64,000 bases of DNA, taken from assembly GCA_031263035.1 (NCBI GenBank), contig JAISGP010000142.1, forward strand, positions 14,224 to 78,223, given 5' to 3'. Both the position numbers and the translations under genes were made by a program. The notes beneath the pieces were generated by a model. That model saw only the letters and a list, made by a program, of their open reading frames with translations, was not told the origin of the DNA and did not search any database. The DNA comes from Lachnospiraceae bacterium. GTDB lineage: Bacteria; Bacillota; Clostridia; Lachnospirales; Lachnospiraceae. Shown here in pieces: positions 46,174-54,942 of the stretch (position 1 is its first letter; each line of letters begins with the position of its first letter).

Positions 46174-47496
46174 ATGAAGAAAGTAATAACAACGTTAATT
46201 GGAATATTTTGTATATTGAGTTTTTCATTTTCGGCTAGTGCAGCTAAAGCGGGGGTAAATTTAGAATATAAAAATTCATTTCAAAATGAAAAAAATAGCG
46301 TTGTTAAAACAGCAAATGGTGATAATGAAAAGCCAGAGGCATTAGGTATAGACCAGTTTATAAGACCATCTTCTCATGAAGATTATAATTTTACAAATGG
46401 TTTAAAAGCTAAGCATATGTCCGTTTCACCGGAAGAAAAATTTGGCTATACAATTACATCTTATTATCCTATGGAAATTGGTGCCACCACAGATGAAACT
46501 TATGTTATTACAGATAAGATAAATCCATTTGTAAAGTGTTATGAAGATACTATAAATGTATATTCGGCTGTAGAAAAAACATCGCCGGTTTTAGAAAGCT
46601 ATTTGCTAAGTTCTGGGAAAGATTATCAAGTAGCATTTAATAGTGAAGATAACAGTCTTTCTGTTAGTTTAACACATGAAGGTATGGTATTACTTGGTAA
46701 TAGATATATAAATAATGGGGAAAGCTTTGTAATAGTTAAATTTGATTGTAGTTTAAGAGAGAATGCAACTCAAGGTATTGGTTTATATAGTCATGCAAGC
46801 GTTGTATATCAAGGACATGATATGACTTCTCATGCAGAAACAGATCCGGCAATACTAAGCAGTAGAAATTCGAAAATGAACAACAACATTTCACAATTGG
46901 AATTTTCGAGTTTATCAAATAATAATCAAATTTTAAGAAATAATAAAGAAAATCAGATTGAATTAGTTGATGATGAAACTAGTACACCTATAAGAAAATA
47001 TGAGGCAAGTGTTCCTGATGAACCTGAAATTCATACAGGTCAGATTGTTGTTTTTAAATATGATGCAAATAATAAAACTAAAGCTTTAAGTGGAGCAAGT
47101 TTTGGACTTGCAACAAGTAAAGAAAATGCTAATGCAGGGAAATTTATTAAAACCGGACAAACTGATGGAAATGGTAAAATAGTCTTTAAAAATTTGCACT
47201 ATGGTAATGTAGGGGATGCTTTTAATGAAGATACTGCAGGTTCCTTTTGGTTAGTGGAAACTAAAGCTCCGTCAGGATATGTTGTATTAGATAAGCCTGT
47301 TGAGGTTAAATTTAAATATCAAAGAGCAAATGATGGAGAATATTTTATAGGTAAAATTAACGTTTATAATCAGCATAAATCAAGTTCTCCTTTTGTAAAA
47401 ACAGGGGATAGAGTTAGATTAATATTTGCCATAGTTCTTTTAGTAGCTTCTCTTACCTTAATTTTTGGAGCATTAAAAAGAAGGAAAAGTAAATAA
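46174..47496 (+). CDS. Minor/basal pilin with non-canonical sorting signal
   Basis: Signal peptide, a C-terminal Cna-B-like domain (GQIVVFKYDANN...GASFGL), the E-box FWLVETKAPSGY, and the sorting signal PFVKTGD followed by a TM helix and KRRKSK. Confidence 0.7.
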   Translation: MKKVITTLIGIFCILSFSFSASAAKAGVNLEYKNSFQNEKNSVVKTANGDNEKPEALGIDQFIRPSSHEDYNFTNGLKAKHMSVSPEEKFGYTITSYYPMEIGATTDETYVITDKINPFVKCYEDTINVYSAVEKTSPVLESYLLSSGKDYQVAFNSEDNSLSVSLTHEGMVLLGNRYINNGESFVIVKFDCSLRENATQGIGLYSHASVVYQGHDMTSHAETDPAILSSRNSKMNNNISQLEFSSLSNNNQILRNNKENQIELVDDETSTPIRKYEASVPDEPEIHTGQIVVFKYDANNKTKALSGASFGLATSKENANAGKFIKTGQTDGNGKIVFKNLHYGNVGDAFNEDTAGSFWLVETKAPSGYVVLDKPVEVKFKYQRANDGEYFIGKINVYNQHKSSSPFVKTGDRVRLIFAIVLLVASLTLIFGALKRRKSK

Positions 47497-47596
47497 TTTA
47501 ACTTTATTTAGATATTGCTATAGAGCTATTAATATGTTTTGCAAATAGTTGTATTTCCATATGAAAATAAAACAAAGGGTAGTTGGAATAGTATAG

Positions 47597-48475
47597 ATGA
47601 AAGATAAAAACAAGAAAGGCTTGATGTTAAACGTAATAGTGATATTACTTGTTTTGGCTGGATTTTCTCTTTTGCTTTATCCATTTGTAAAGTTTTGGAC
47701 AGCTAATCGTAAGACTACTTATGCAATTGAAGAGTATGATAAAACTTACGAGAAAATGAATAAAGAAAAGATAGAAAAAGAGTGGGAAAAGGCTAAGATT
47801 TATAATAAAAATCTTAAGACTGGCACTATTGCGGATCCATTTACAGTTAATCCTACAACAGTTCTTGATGATTATTATAAGGTGCTGGATATTGGAGAAA
47901 ATGGTATGATGGGATATATAAGAATACCTAAAATCAATTTGCGATTGCCTATATACCATGGTACTAGCGAAAGTGTGTTGGATAAAGGAATTGGGCATTT
48001 AAAAGGTACTCATTTGCCGGTAGGAGGGGCATCTACCCATTCAGTTTTAAGCGGACATGCTGGGCTTCGCTCAGCGGTTCTTTTTACTAATTTAACAGAG
48101 TTAAAAGAAGGCGACGAGTTTTATATTAATATTTTGGATAAAACTCTAGCTTATCGAATAGATAAGATTTCTGTAGTATTGCCTGATGATATGAGTGGGA
48201 TTAAACCTATTCCTGGGCGAGATTTGGTGACTCTTGTAACATGTACACCCTATGGAATTAATAGTCACAGGCTGTTAGTTAGGGGAACAAGAGTTAAATA
48301 TACTCCAGAGGGATTAAAGAAAAAAATAGCAGATACTAAGGTAGAAATTAATTGGATGACCAAGGTTTTAATTGGAGCAGCAATATGCTTTGCTTTGATT
48401 ATATTATATTTATTATATCGATTTATCAAGAAAATAAAGAAGAAGAGAGTAAAAGATAATTCTGAAAAAAACTAA
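47597..48475 (+). CDS. srtC: Class C (pilin-polymerising) sortase 2
   Basis: Same architecture as 45174..46028: DPF lid, TLVTCTPYGINSHRLLVRG and a C-terminal TM anchor. Confidence 0.9.
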   Translation: MKDKNKKGLMLNVIVILLVLAGFSLLLYPFVKFWTANRKTTYAIEEYDKTYEKMNKEKIEKEWEKAKIYNKNLKTGTIADPFTVNPTTVLDDYYKVLDIGENGMMGYIRIPKINLRLPIYHGTSESVLDKGIGHLKGTHLPVGGASTHSVLSGHAGLRSAVLFTNLTELKEGDEFYINILDKTLAYRIDKISVVLPDDMSGIKPIPGRDLVTLVTCTPYGINSHRLLVRGTRVKYTPEGLKKKIADTKVEINWMTKVLIGAAICFALIILYLLYRFIKKIKKKRVKDNSEKN

Positions 48476-48728
48476 ATTTTATAGTAGAGTAGTAGATTTC
48501 TTTGAACTAGTTATAGATTATTTTTAAATGCTTACATATTTAGTTGAAGGTTTTATTTCTTATATTATGAGAAGTAAACTTCTCATATTGAAGACTATCG
48601 TCTTCAATTATTTTGCTAAAGCAAAATTAATATAATAGCTCAAAATCATAGATTTTTCGCTAAATTACTTGTAAAAATATATACGTCTTTCAGACGAACA
48701 TATTTTTACGACCTATAATTTATATTCA

Positions 48729-48762
48729 AAAGAGGATGAACATTTGGGTGTTCATCCTCTTT
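48729..48762 (-). terminator. Terminator of regulator paralog 2
   Basis: 14-bp stem AAAGAGGATGAACA / TGTTCATCCTCTTT directly downstream (minus strand) of the stop at 48785, with U residues at the 3' end. Confidence 0.65.
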
Positions 48763-48784
48763 ACTTTATTGGAAATATTTTATT

Positions 48785-50245
48785 TTAGTTTGTGAATTTT
48801 TCATCTACTAAGCTACAAAGGAAGAATTCTAGCTTAGTAAAGTTACTGTTATTAGTTACAGTAGAAAGATTGAAAAATGGAATATTATGGTATTGCTCAG
48901 GTGGAATCCAATCTGACATTATGGCATCTGGCATAGCTTTATCAGATTCTGCCATTGAGATTATTTCAACTGGAAACATAGATGTAGAAGTGATTATCCA
49001 TTCTAGTTGTTCAAGTTGAAGAGGACTAACCTTAGTTTGTAAAAGTAATTTTATTACTGGTTTATGCTGTTTGAAAATTGCTGCAAGTAGAAGAACATAA
49101 ATATAATAAAGTGGTGGAAATCTATCAACTAGTTCCTTTACCTTATGATTTTTTGCAAGGTGTACATTAATTAACTCAAGTATTCTATTAAAGTCTTTTG
49201 GCATTATAGTCTTAATTTTACTTGCTAGATTTTGAGCACCAAAGATTTGAGCATTACCTTTTATTGTATTTGCCATATTGTGCAAATAATATAAATTATA
49301 TTTTAGGTAATTAATTTCACTTGTAGTAAATCTAAAAGGTAGTTCTTTTCTTGCTAATTCAATAAAGTTTTCTATGATTTGATCAGAGTGTGTAGTTATT
49401 TCTTCTTGTGAATCATCATTTACAAGAGGTATTGCAACTATACTGCAGTATACAAAATATAAATGTCTGGCTTCCGATTTTTCTATATTTTCATTTGTAC
49501 AATATTTGTAAATTCCTGTTTCTTTTGTAAGCATGTAGAACTCTCTAAAAGAAATAGTAGGGTGATCTTCAATATCATACTTTGGCGAATTCTTTACAAA
49601 ATGTTTTTTCTCAGTTCGTTTTTCTGTAATATATGCAGAAAGAAGAAATCTCTGTAACGTAAAGAAATCAATATTTGGATTAGTTTGTACCATAAAAGCT
49701 GAAATGTCTTTTATTATGGTTGACTCATTGTAAATAGAGTTTATATCTAATTCCCATAATAATGAGTGGAAGAAGAAACGAATTAAAACTTCATCTCCTT
49801 TCATTATTTCTTTTGAATAAAAACTAAAGTCAATATTGAATGAACGCATAAGTTTACGAAGGGCAGCAACATGCTTTTGGAAAATACTTCTACTTACGCC
49901 TAGATCATATGACATATCTGTTCCATTGCAAGTCTCATTCCAAAAAATATTTTTAATGATTTTGTACTTAATAGTATCTTTTATCATTACGTGCAATAAC
50001 TCAGATGGATGAGGTGGAAAATCATATAATTCCGATAAAATATGATTTTCATACTTAAAATGTGGTTTTTCTTGTTTGCTATCATAGTCTACAAGTTCTT
50101 CTATTAGTCTATTTGCAACACGCTTATCAATATCTAAAATTTCTGACAGTTCTTTGTAAGAAATTTCATTGTTTTGGCTTTTATATAATTCTTCTACGAT
50201 TCTAATTATATAAAGCTGGTTTTTTTCTAAAAATACTTCTTTCAT
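48785..50245 (-). CDS. Mga/RofA-like stand-alone HTH regulator (paralog 2)
   Basis: 486 aa and collinear with ORF 37030..38490 (MKEVFLEKNQ.Y..RIVEELYK..., PPHPSELLH, NGTD.SYDL.VSRS.FQKHVA.LRKLM, PDA..SDWIPP). It is divergent from the operon starting at 50769. Confidence 0.6.
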   Translation of the reverse strand: MKEVFLEKNQLYIIRIVEELYKSQNNEISYKELSEILDIDKRVANRLIEELVDYDSKQEKPHFKYENHILSELYDFPPHPSELLHVMIKDTIKYKIIKNIFWNETCNGTDMSYDLGVSRSIFQKHVAALRKLMRSFNIDFSFYSKEIMKGDEVLIRFFFHSLLWELDINSIYNESTIIKDISAFMVQTNPNIDFFTLQRFLLSAYITEKRTEKKHFVKNSPKYDIEDHPTISFREFYMLTKETGIYKYCTNENIEKSEARHLYFVYCSIVAIPLVNDDSQEEITTHSDQIIENFIELARKELPFRFTTSEINYLKYNLYYLHNMANTIKGNAQIFGAQNLASKIKTIMPKDFNRILELINVHLAKNHKVKELVDRFPPLYYIYVLLLAAIFKQHKPVIKLLLQTKVSPLQLEQLEWIITSTSMFPVEIISMAESDKAMPDAIMSDWIPPEQYHNIPFFNLSTVTNNSNFTKLEFFLCSLVDEKFTN

Positions 50246-50570
50246 GAATGCTTCTCCTTAATTGTTGATTTAAAATCTGTATGATTATATTTTAATTTTT
50301 TAGTTTTTCCAAAGATGAAACAGATTTACTGAATTAATTAGATAAAAATACAATATATGTGTGTTCGTTAAACATTTTGGCTTCATACACACTGAGGAAA
50401 GTATATTATAGAAAATTCAAAAATGTGTGTCCTCCTTATAATATAAAATTAATATTTTGAAAATAAAAACTATTATAGCACCTTAATTTTTTTTATTTAT
50501 CTTAAATCTGCACGAATAATAATAAATGCACACAAACCTCATGAAAAAAAGAGGATTTGTACAAAATAAT

Positions 50571-50720
50571 TAAATGTGAATAAAATACCATAAAACTATA
50601 TGAAAATCATTCATATTTAAATAAACGCAATCTAGTTCATTGTGAGATAATACTAAAAACATCAAATGTTTATATTTTTTAAATGTGAATAAAATCCATA
50701 AATAAAGTGTGAAAGAAAAT
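50571..50720 (+). repeat. Direct repeats TAAATGTGAATAAAAT(A)CCATAAA (x2, starts 109 bp apart) plus a degenerate third copy
   Basis: The copies are at 50571-50594 and 50680-50702, with the degenerate AAAGTGTGAAAGAAAAT at 50704-50720. All lie in the regulator/operon divergent intergenic region, 50-200 nt upstream of the ATG at 50769. Confidence 0.75.
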
Positions 50721-50768
50721 TATCACACAGATATTGTAATTATACACTGATGAAAGGAGTCTTATAAT

Positions 50769-52181
50769 ATGAAAAGAAATGGCAGGATGTTTATATACAT
50801 TGTACTATGTTTTATTTTGGCAATAGGTAGTTTTTTGGGAGCTAATTCATTTAGAAAGAAAATTCAGTATAGAGAAAACGGAGTTGCAGAATATAAAGTT
50901 AAGTTAAAAGAAAATCCATATTATGATACAGATATTTTAAGCAAGAATATGTATTATATTGCGGGTCTTGTAGATTATATAGATTTAAATTTTCTATATG
51001 GACTACGTTCAGATAGTGAAATCGATTATAAAAGTAATTATTCTCTTGAAACCAATTTGATTATCGCTGAAGAAGGAAAGCCAGATAATGTTATTTATAC
51101 TAAAAAAGAAGATTTAGCTAAAAATAAAACTCAAGATGAAAATGGCGTGGAAAGTTTCGCTATAGAACAACAGGCTAAAATTAAATTTAACGATTATAGT
51201 AAAAAGGCAAAAGAATTTATTTCCAAATACGGCATTACTGCAAAGGGATTTTTAAGAGTATCTCTTCAAGTTGATACAGATGGTAATTATTCTAATACAA
51301 GTAGAAAGATTAATGCATCTGGAGTGATTACAGCAGAGATACCATTAACAGAACCATTGTTTAATATAACAACTAAGTCAGGAATAGATATTCCGGGAAC
51401 TAAATCTCATCAAGTTATGGAAACACCATTAAGTGAAGGAATTAGAATTGCTAGCTATGTTTTCTTAGGTGTTGGAGTTTTATTAGGAATTATATGGTTA
51501 GTATCTTTATCTAAAAAACGTCAAGATATGACTGACTATGAGAGAGAAAAAGATCAAATCTTCCATAATTATGACAAGATGATTGTAAGAGCTAAAAGTG
51601 ATTTGGATCTATCTTTAGAAAAAGAATTAATTGAAGTGGAAACTTTTGAGGAGTTGTTAGGAATAAGTGATAGAAGTGGTAATCCAGTTTTGTTTTTAGA
51701 AAAACAAAATGATGAAATGGAAAGAACTGGTAAATTCATTGTAAGAATAGATGATGAATGTTATGAATATGAAATAATTGGTTCAGATAAAAGGGAAATA
51801 CCATTTAATTATGTAGATAAGGGAAGAAAAGATAAAGAGTATATAGAAGATAATTTCCAAAAAGAAATTTCTAATACAGTTAAATATGAAGAAGAACCTT
51901 ATAAAGTTGTTTCTAATAAAGAAGAACCTGTAAAAACAGAGATACTTAAAGAAGAGAGTTCAACTGGAGAAGCGACAATCTACGGTATTTCTCCAAAAGA
52001 ACTTCCGGAAGAACTACAAAAGCAGTTAAACGCTATTCTTCCATCAGTGAAAGAATATAGTAGAAAGAAGAAAGAGCAGAGAAATATATCTTCTGAAAAG
52101 AAGAGGATGCTAATGGAGGAATTATCTAAGCTTAATAATATGTATTCAAAAATTCTAGAGAGTGTGGATCAAAATGAGTAG
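50769..52181 (+). CDS. Bitopic membrane protein, DUF5305-like (accessory protein of SipW/TasA-type clusters)
   Basis: 470 aa. The order is an N-terminal TM helix, a ~200-aa extracytoplasmic domain, a second TM helix (ASYVFLGVGVLLGIIWLVSL), then a ~220-aa charged cytoplasmic domain. The DUF5305 assignment is from recollection of architecture and context only. Confidence 0.4.
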   Translation: MKRNGRMFIYIVLCFILAIGSFLGANSFRKKIQYRENGVAEYKVKLKENPYYDTDILSKNMYYIAGLVDYIDLNFLYGLRSDSEIDYKSNYSLETNLIIAEEGKPDNVIYTKKEDLAKNKTQDENGVESFAIEQQAKIKFNDYSKKAKEFISKYGITAKGFLRVSLQVDTDGNYSNTSRKINASGVITAEIPLTEPLFNITTKSGIDIPGTKSHQVMETPLSEGIRIASYVFLGVGVLLGIIWLVSLSKKRQDMTDYEREKDQIFHNYDKMIVRAKSDLDLSLEKELIEVETFEELLGISDRSGNPVLFLEKQNDEMERTGKFIVRIDDECYEYEIIGSDKREIPFNYVDKGRKDKEYIEDNFQKEISNTVKYEEEPYKVVSNKEEPVKTEILKEESSTGEATIYGISPKELPEELQKQLNAILPSVKEYSRKKKEQRNISSEKKRMLMEELSKLNNMYSKILESVDQNE

Positions 52182-52800
52182 GTATAGATATGCTGCTGGA
52201 CATTCGATGAGAATAAGAAAAGATAAAAAAACAATTGTGATAATAATTGTTGCATGTATATTATTTCTTTTATCTTTATCAACCATATTAGGTAGTTTAG
52301 GATATTCCGCTTCTGGAGGAGATTTAAAGATACTAAGTTCAGGAACAATACGTCCAGTACCAGAGCTTACTGTATTTGTAGGTTCAGGCCGTGAAGGATG
52401 GCCTTTTGGTGGATGTACAATGGCACCTAGTAGTGGTATTAAAATTACTTCAATGAGTGCAGATATGAATTATGTATATATCGGTGGAAGTAGATTTAAT
52501 AATACACCAAGTAGATTATATACCGGTTGTTATTTAAGAATTAAAAATGTTGGAAATATTAATTATAAATTTACTGGGGTAACTCTTTTAAATGCAGGAA
52601 CATTAGATGTGAATAAATGTAGTATTAAGTTACTAACTGGTAGTTTTCCTTCACCAGGTGTTGGAACCTTCGTTACGGAAAATGTAGTTTTAAAACCAAA
52701 TGAGTATCAGGTTATATATATTAATATAGATATTAATGATGTGTCACCACCTAATAGTGATGTAAAATTTTTAGTTCGAATAGATGGTTACAGGGCATAG
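52174..52800 (+). CDS. Secreted/signal-anchored protein, possible TasA-superfamily minor subunit
   Basis: The ATG at 52174 overlaps the upstream stop (ATGAGTAG). It has a basic N-terminus plus hydrophobic helix (KKTIVIIIVACILFLLSLSTILGSLGYSASGG). The beta-rich body contains YLRIKNVGNINYKF, which resembles the F.V.N.G. strand pattern of TasA/camelysin-like proteins. Confidence 0.4.
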   Translation: MSRYRYAAGHSMRIRKDKKTIVIIIVACILFLLSLSTILGSLGYSASGGDLKILSSGTIRPVPELTVFVGSGREGWPFGGCTMAPSSGIKITSMSADMNYVYIGGSRFNNTPSRLYTGCYLRIKNVGNINYKFTGVTLLNAGTLDVNKCSIKLLTGSFPSPGVGTFVTENVVLKPNEYQVIYINIDINDVSPPNSDVKFLVRIDGYRA

Positions 52801-53003
52801 TTTTATAATTGTGACAAGAAGAAAATTACTCTTCTGTTAAGAAGTATTGATTTAGTAAGTAAGTGATTGCTAAACCCATTTTGAAATGGGATGGTAGGTT
52901 AGACGATATAAAAGTTTTAATTTTATACCAGAGGTTTAGAGGTGTGGACTTCTACTGAAGAAGTTTTCATAAATTTAAAAATAGTTTTAAGGAGAAAAAA
53001 GAG

Positions 53004-53687
53004 ATGACAAAAGAAAGAAGAAACAAAAGGGTAGCAATTGTAGTTTTGTTAGTATTGGTTATGGGGCTTACAGTAGCATTTTCACTATATGAAACAGCTC
53101 TTAAAATTAATGCAACAGGTACAGTTAATGGTTCAGCTGATTGGGATTTAGAAATGACTAAAGGTGCATTTTATGATTATGATTTCCAAGCAGGTTCTAC
53201 TACAGTATATAACACTGGTGCAGATAATTCATCAGCTGTTAGTATAGCTGGAGATGGAATTCATAGTCATGCAAATGAAGGTATTACTATGAGTGGACTT
53301 TCATTTACACTTTCAAAACCGGGAGATAGTGTAAGTTATCGTTTTACTGTAAAAAATTATTCTCTTAATTATGCTGCAAAGTTATCAAAGGATCCAATAT
53401 TTGACATGGGTTCAGATAATAAAGGCAAAGATAATAAAACAGCTCTTATTATACCAACACTTAAAGTCGTAAGTGGAGGCGGTACAGATTATCGTAGCGG
53501 TACAGATGTAGCAGCTGCTGATACTATAGGTAAGGCAACAGGAAATACTGGTTCAGTAACTCCAAGTACTGTAGACATGGAACTTACATTTACATACAAT
53601 CCAGCTATTACATCATCAAATGCTTTAGACGATGAAATTACATTAACTAATCTTGGCGTTACATTAAAATATGAGCAAGTTGTATAA
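53004..53687 (+). CDS. Secreted protein, TasA/camelysin-superfamily-like (candidate major fibre subunit)
   Basis: It has a strong RBS (AAGGAGAAAAAAGAG-ATG) and sits after its own 200-bp upstream spacer. The N-terminal signal is KRVAIVVLLVLVMGLTVAFSLYE, comparable to the SipW-type G-T-x-A-x-F-x-D region. It also contains LSKPGDSVSYRFTVKNYS, which resembles the TasA LKPGD......F.F.N.GS pattern. Confidence 0.45.
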   Translation: MTKERRNKRVAIVVLLVLVMGLTVAFSLYETALKINATGTVNGSADWDLEMTKGAFYDYDFQAGSTTVYNTGADNSSAVSIAGDGIHSHANEGITMSGLSFTLSKPGDSVSYRFTVKNYSLNYAAKLSKDPIFDMGSDNKGKDNKTALIIPTLKVVSGGGTDYRSGTDVAAADTIGKATGNTGSVTPSTVDMELTFTYNPAITSSNALDDEITLTNLGVTLKYEQVV

Positions 53688-53790
53688 TTTAATTTGGCTT
53701 TAGTAAGATAGAAAGTATGTGCTTTTAGAGCTAGGGTGTATGCCTTAGCTCTTTAGTGTATATATTGTTTTTTGAAAGGAAGTATTTGAA

Positions 53791-54942
53791 GTGAAAAAAG
53801 CTGAATATGGAAAAGTTACATTAGGATGTATTGCTCTTATGGGAACATTTTTCATATCTTATTTAGAATTATATCCTTTAGGTGATTATATTCATCCTAT
53901 AGTTATGGCTGTTTTAGCCATAATATATATGTTGTTTTTTCAATACAAAAAAGCAAATAGCAGGTATTTTATGTCTATGATACAGGACATAATTATCTTT
54001 ATTTGTATTTATGAATTAATTACTTATATTGCAGGAATATTTACTAGCTTTTATGCTAATCCATTAAATGGTGATTATCAAGGGATTGTCATAAAGTTAA
54101 TTATAGAAAGCATATATATAGTAGCCTATGAATTCATTCGATATGTTCTTATAAAAAAGTCAGGAAATTCTTTTTGGCTATATTTATTAATTATCTTTAC
54201 ATTTATTACTGCAGATATTTGGGCTATTCTTCCAGAATATAATCCTAATCGTTTATCAAATTGGATTTATATTGCTTTGTTTGCTATAATTCCCGGATTT
54301 GCAAATAATTCACTACTTACATATATATCCCTGAAGACTGGTCCATTGCCTTGTATCTTGTATTCTGGTATACTTCTTTTTGTGAAGATAATAATTCCTT
54401 ATCATCCGGATTTTGGAATGTATATTGGTGGTATAATATCCATAGTTGCACCTTTATTGTTTTTGCTCGCATTGTATGAGATAGATAAAAAGAAAGATAG
54501 AAGCTCTTTATACTATACATCCCCAACTGTAAAGATAGTTGAAAGAACTACATTAGGGGTTTTAGTAGCGGTTATTGTAGTTATAGTTAGTTTAACCTCT
54601 AATGCTTTTAGATATGGAACTTTAACTATAGGGTCTGGAAGCATGACAGGAACTATCAATAAAGGTGATGTTGTTCTTGTAAAACACCTTAAGGAAAAAG
54701 AAAAATTAAATCTTCAAGAAGGGGAGATAATTGCTTTTCATGAAGATGGGGTTATTATTGTACATAGAATAATTAGAATTACTGATATGCAGGATGGAAC
54801 CCATTATTTCTTTACTAAAGGAGATTTTAATAATGCTGAAGATGGAAGACCTATTGTAGAGAAAGATATAATTGGTACAGTTAGTCAAAGAATTCCTTAT
54901 CTTGGTTGGCCTACAGTGCTAGTAAATGAATTGTTGCATTAA
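53791..54942 (+). CDS. Fusion protein: N-terminal polytopic membrane domain (~260 aa, about 7-8 TM) + C-terminal SipW/ER-type signal peptidase I (S26B)
   Basis: The C-terminal 120 aa carries SGSMTGTI (Ser nucleophile box), GDVVLVK, VHRII (His box) and TKGDFNNAEDG. The N-terminal part is hydrophobic with no motif I can assign. The start is GTG with AAAGGAAG upstream. Confidence 0.65.
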   Translation: MKKAEYGKVTLGCIALMGTFFISYLELYPLGDYIHPIVMAVLAIIYMLFFQYKKANSRYFMSMIQDIIIFICIYELITYIAGIFTSFYANPLNGDYQGIVIKLIIESIYIVAYEFIRYVLIKKSGNSFWLYLLIIFTFITADIWAILPEYNPNRLSNWIYIALFAIIPGFANNSLLTYISLKTGPLPCILYSGILLFVKIIIPYHPDFGMYIGGIISIVAPLLFLLALYEIDKKKDRSSLYYTSPTVKIVERTTLGVLVAVIVVIVSLTSNAFRYGTLTIGSGSMTGTINKGDVVLVKHLKEKEKLNLQEGEIIAFHEDGVIIVHRIIRITDMQDGTHYFFTKGDFNNAEDGRPIVEKDIIGTVSQRIPYLGWPTVLVNELLH

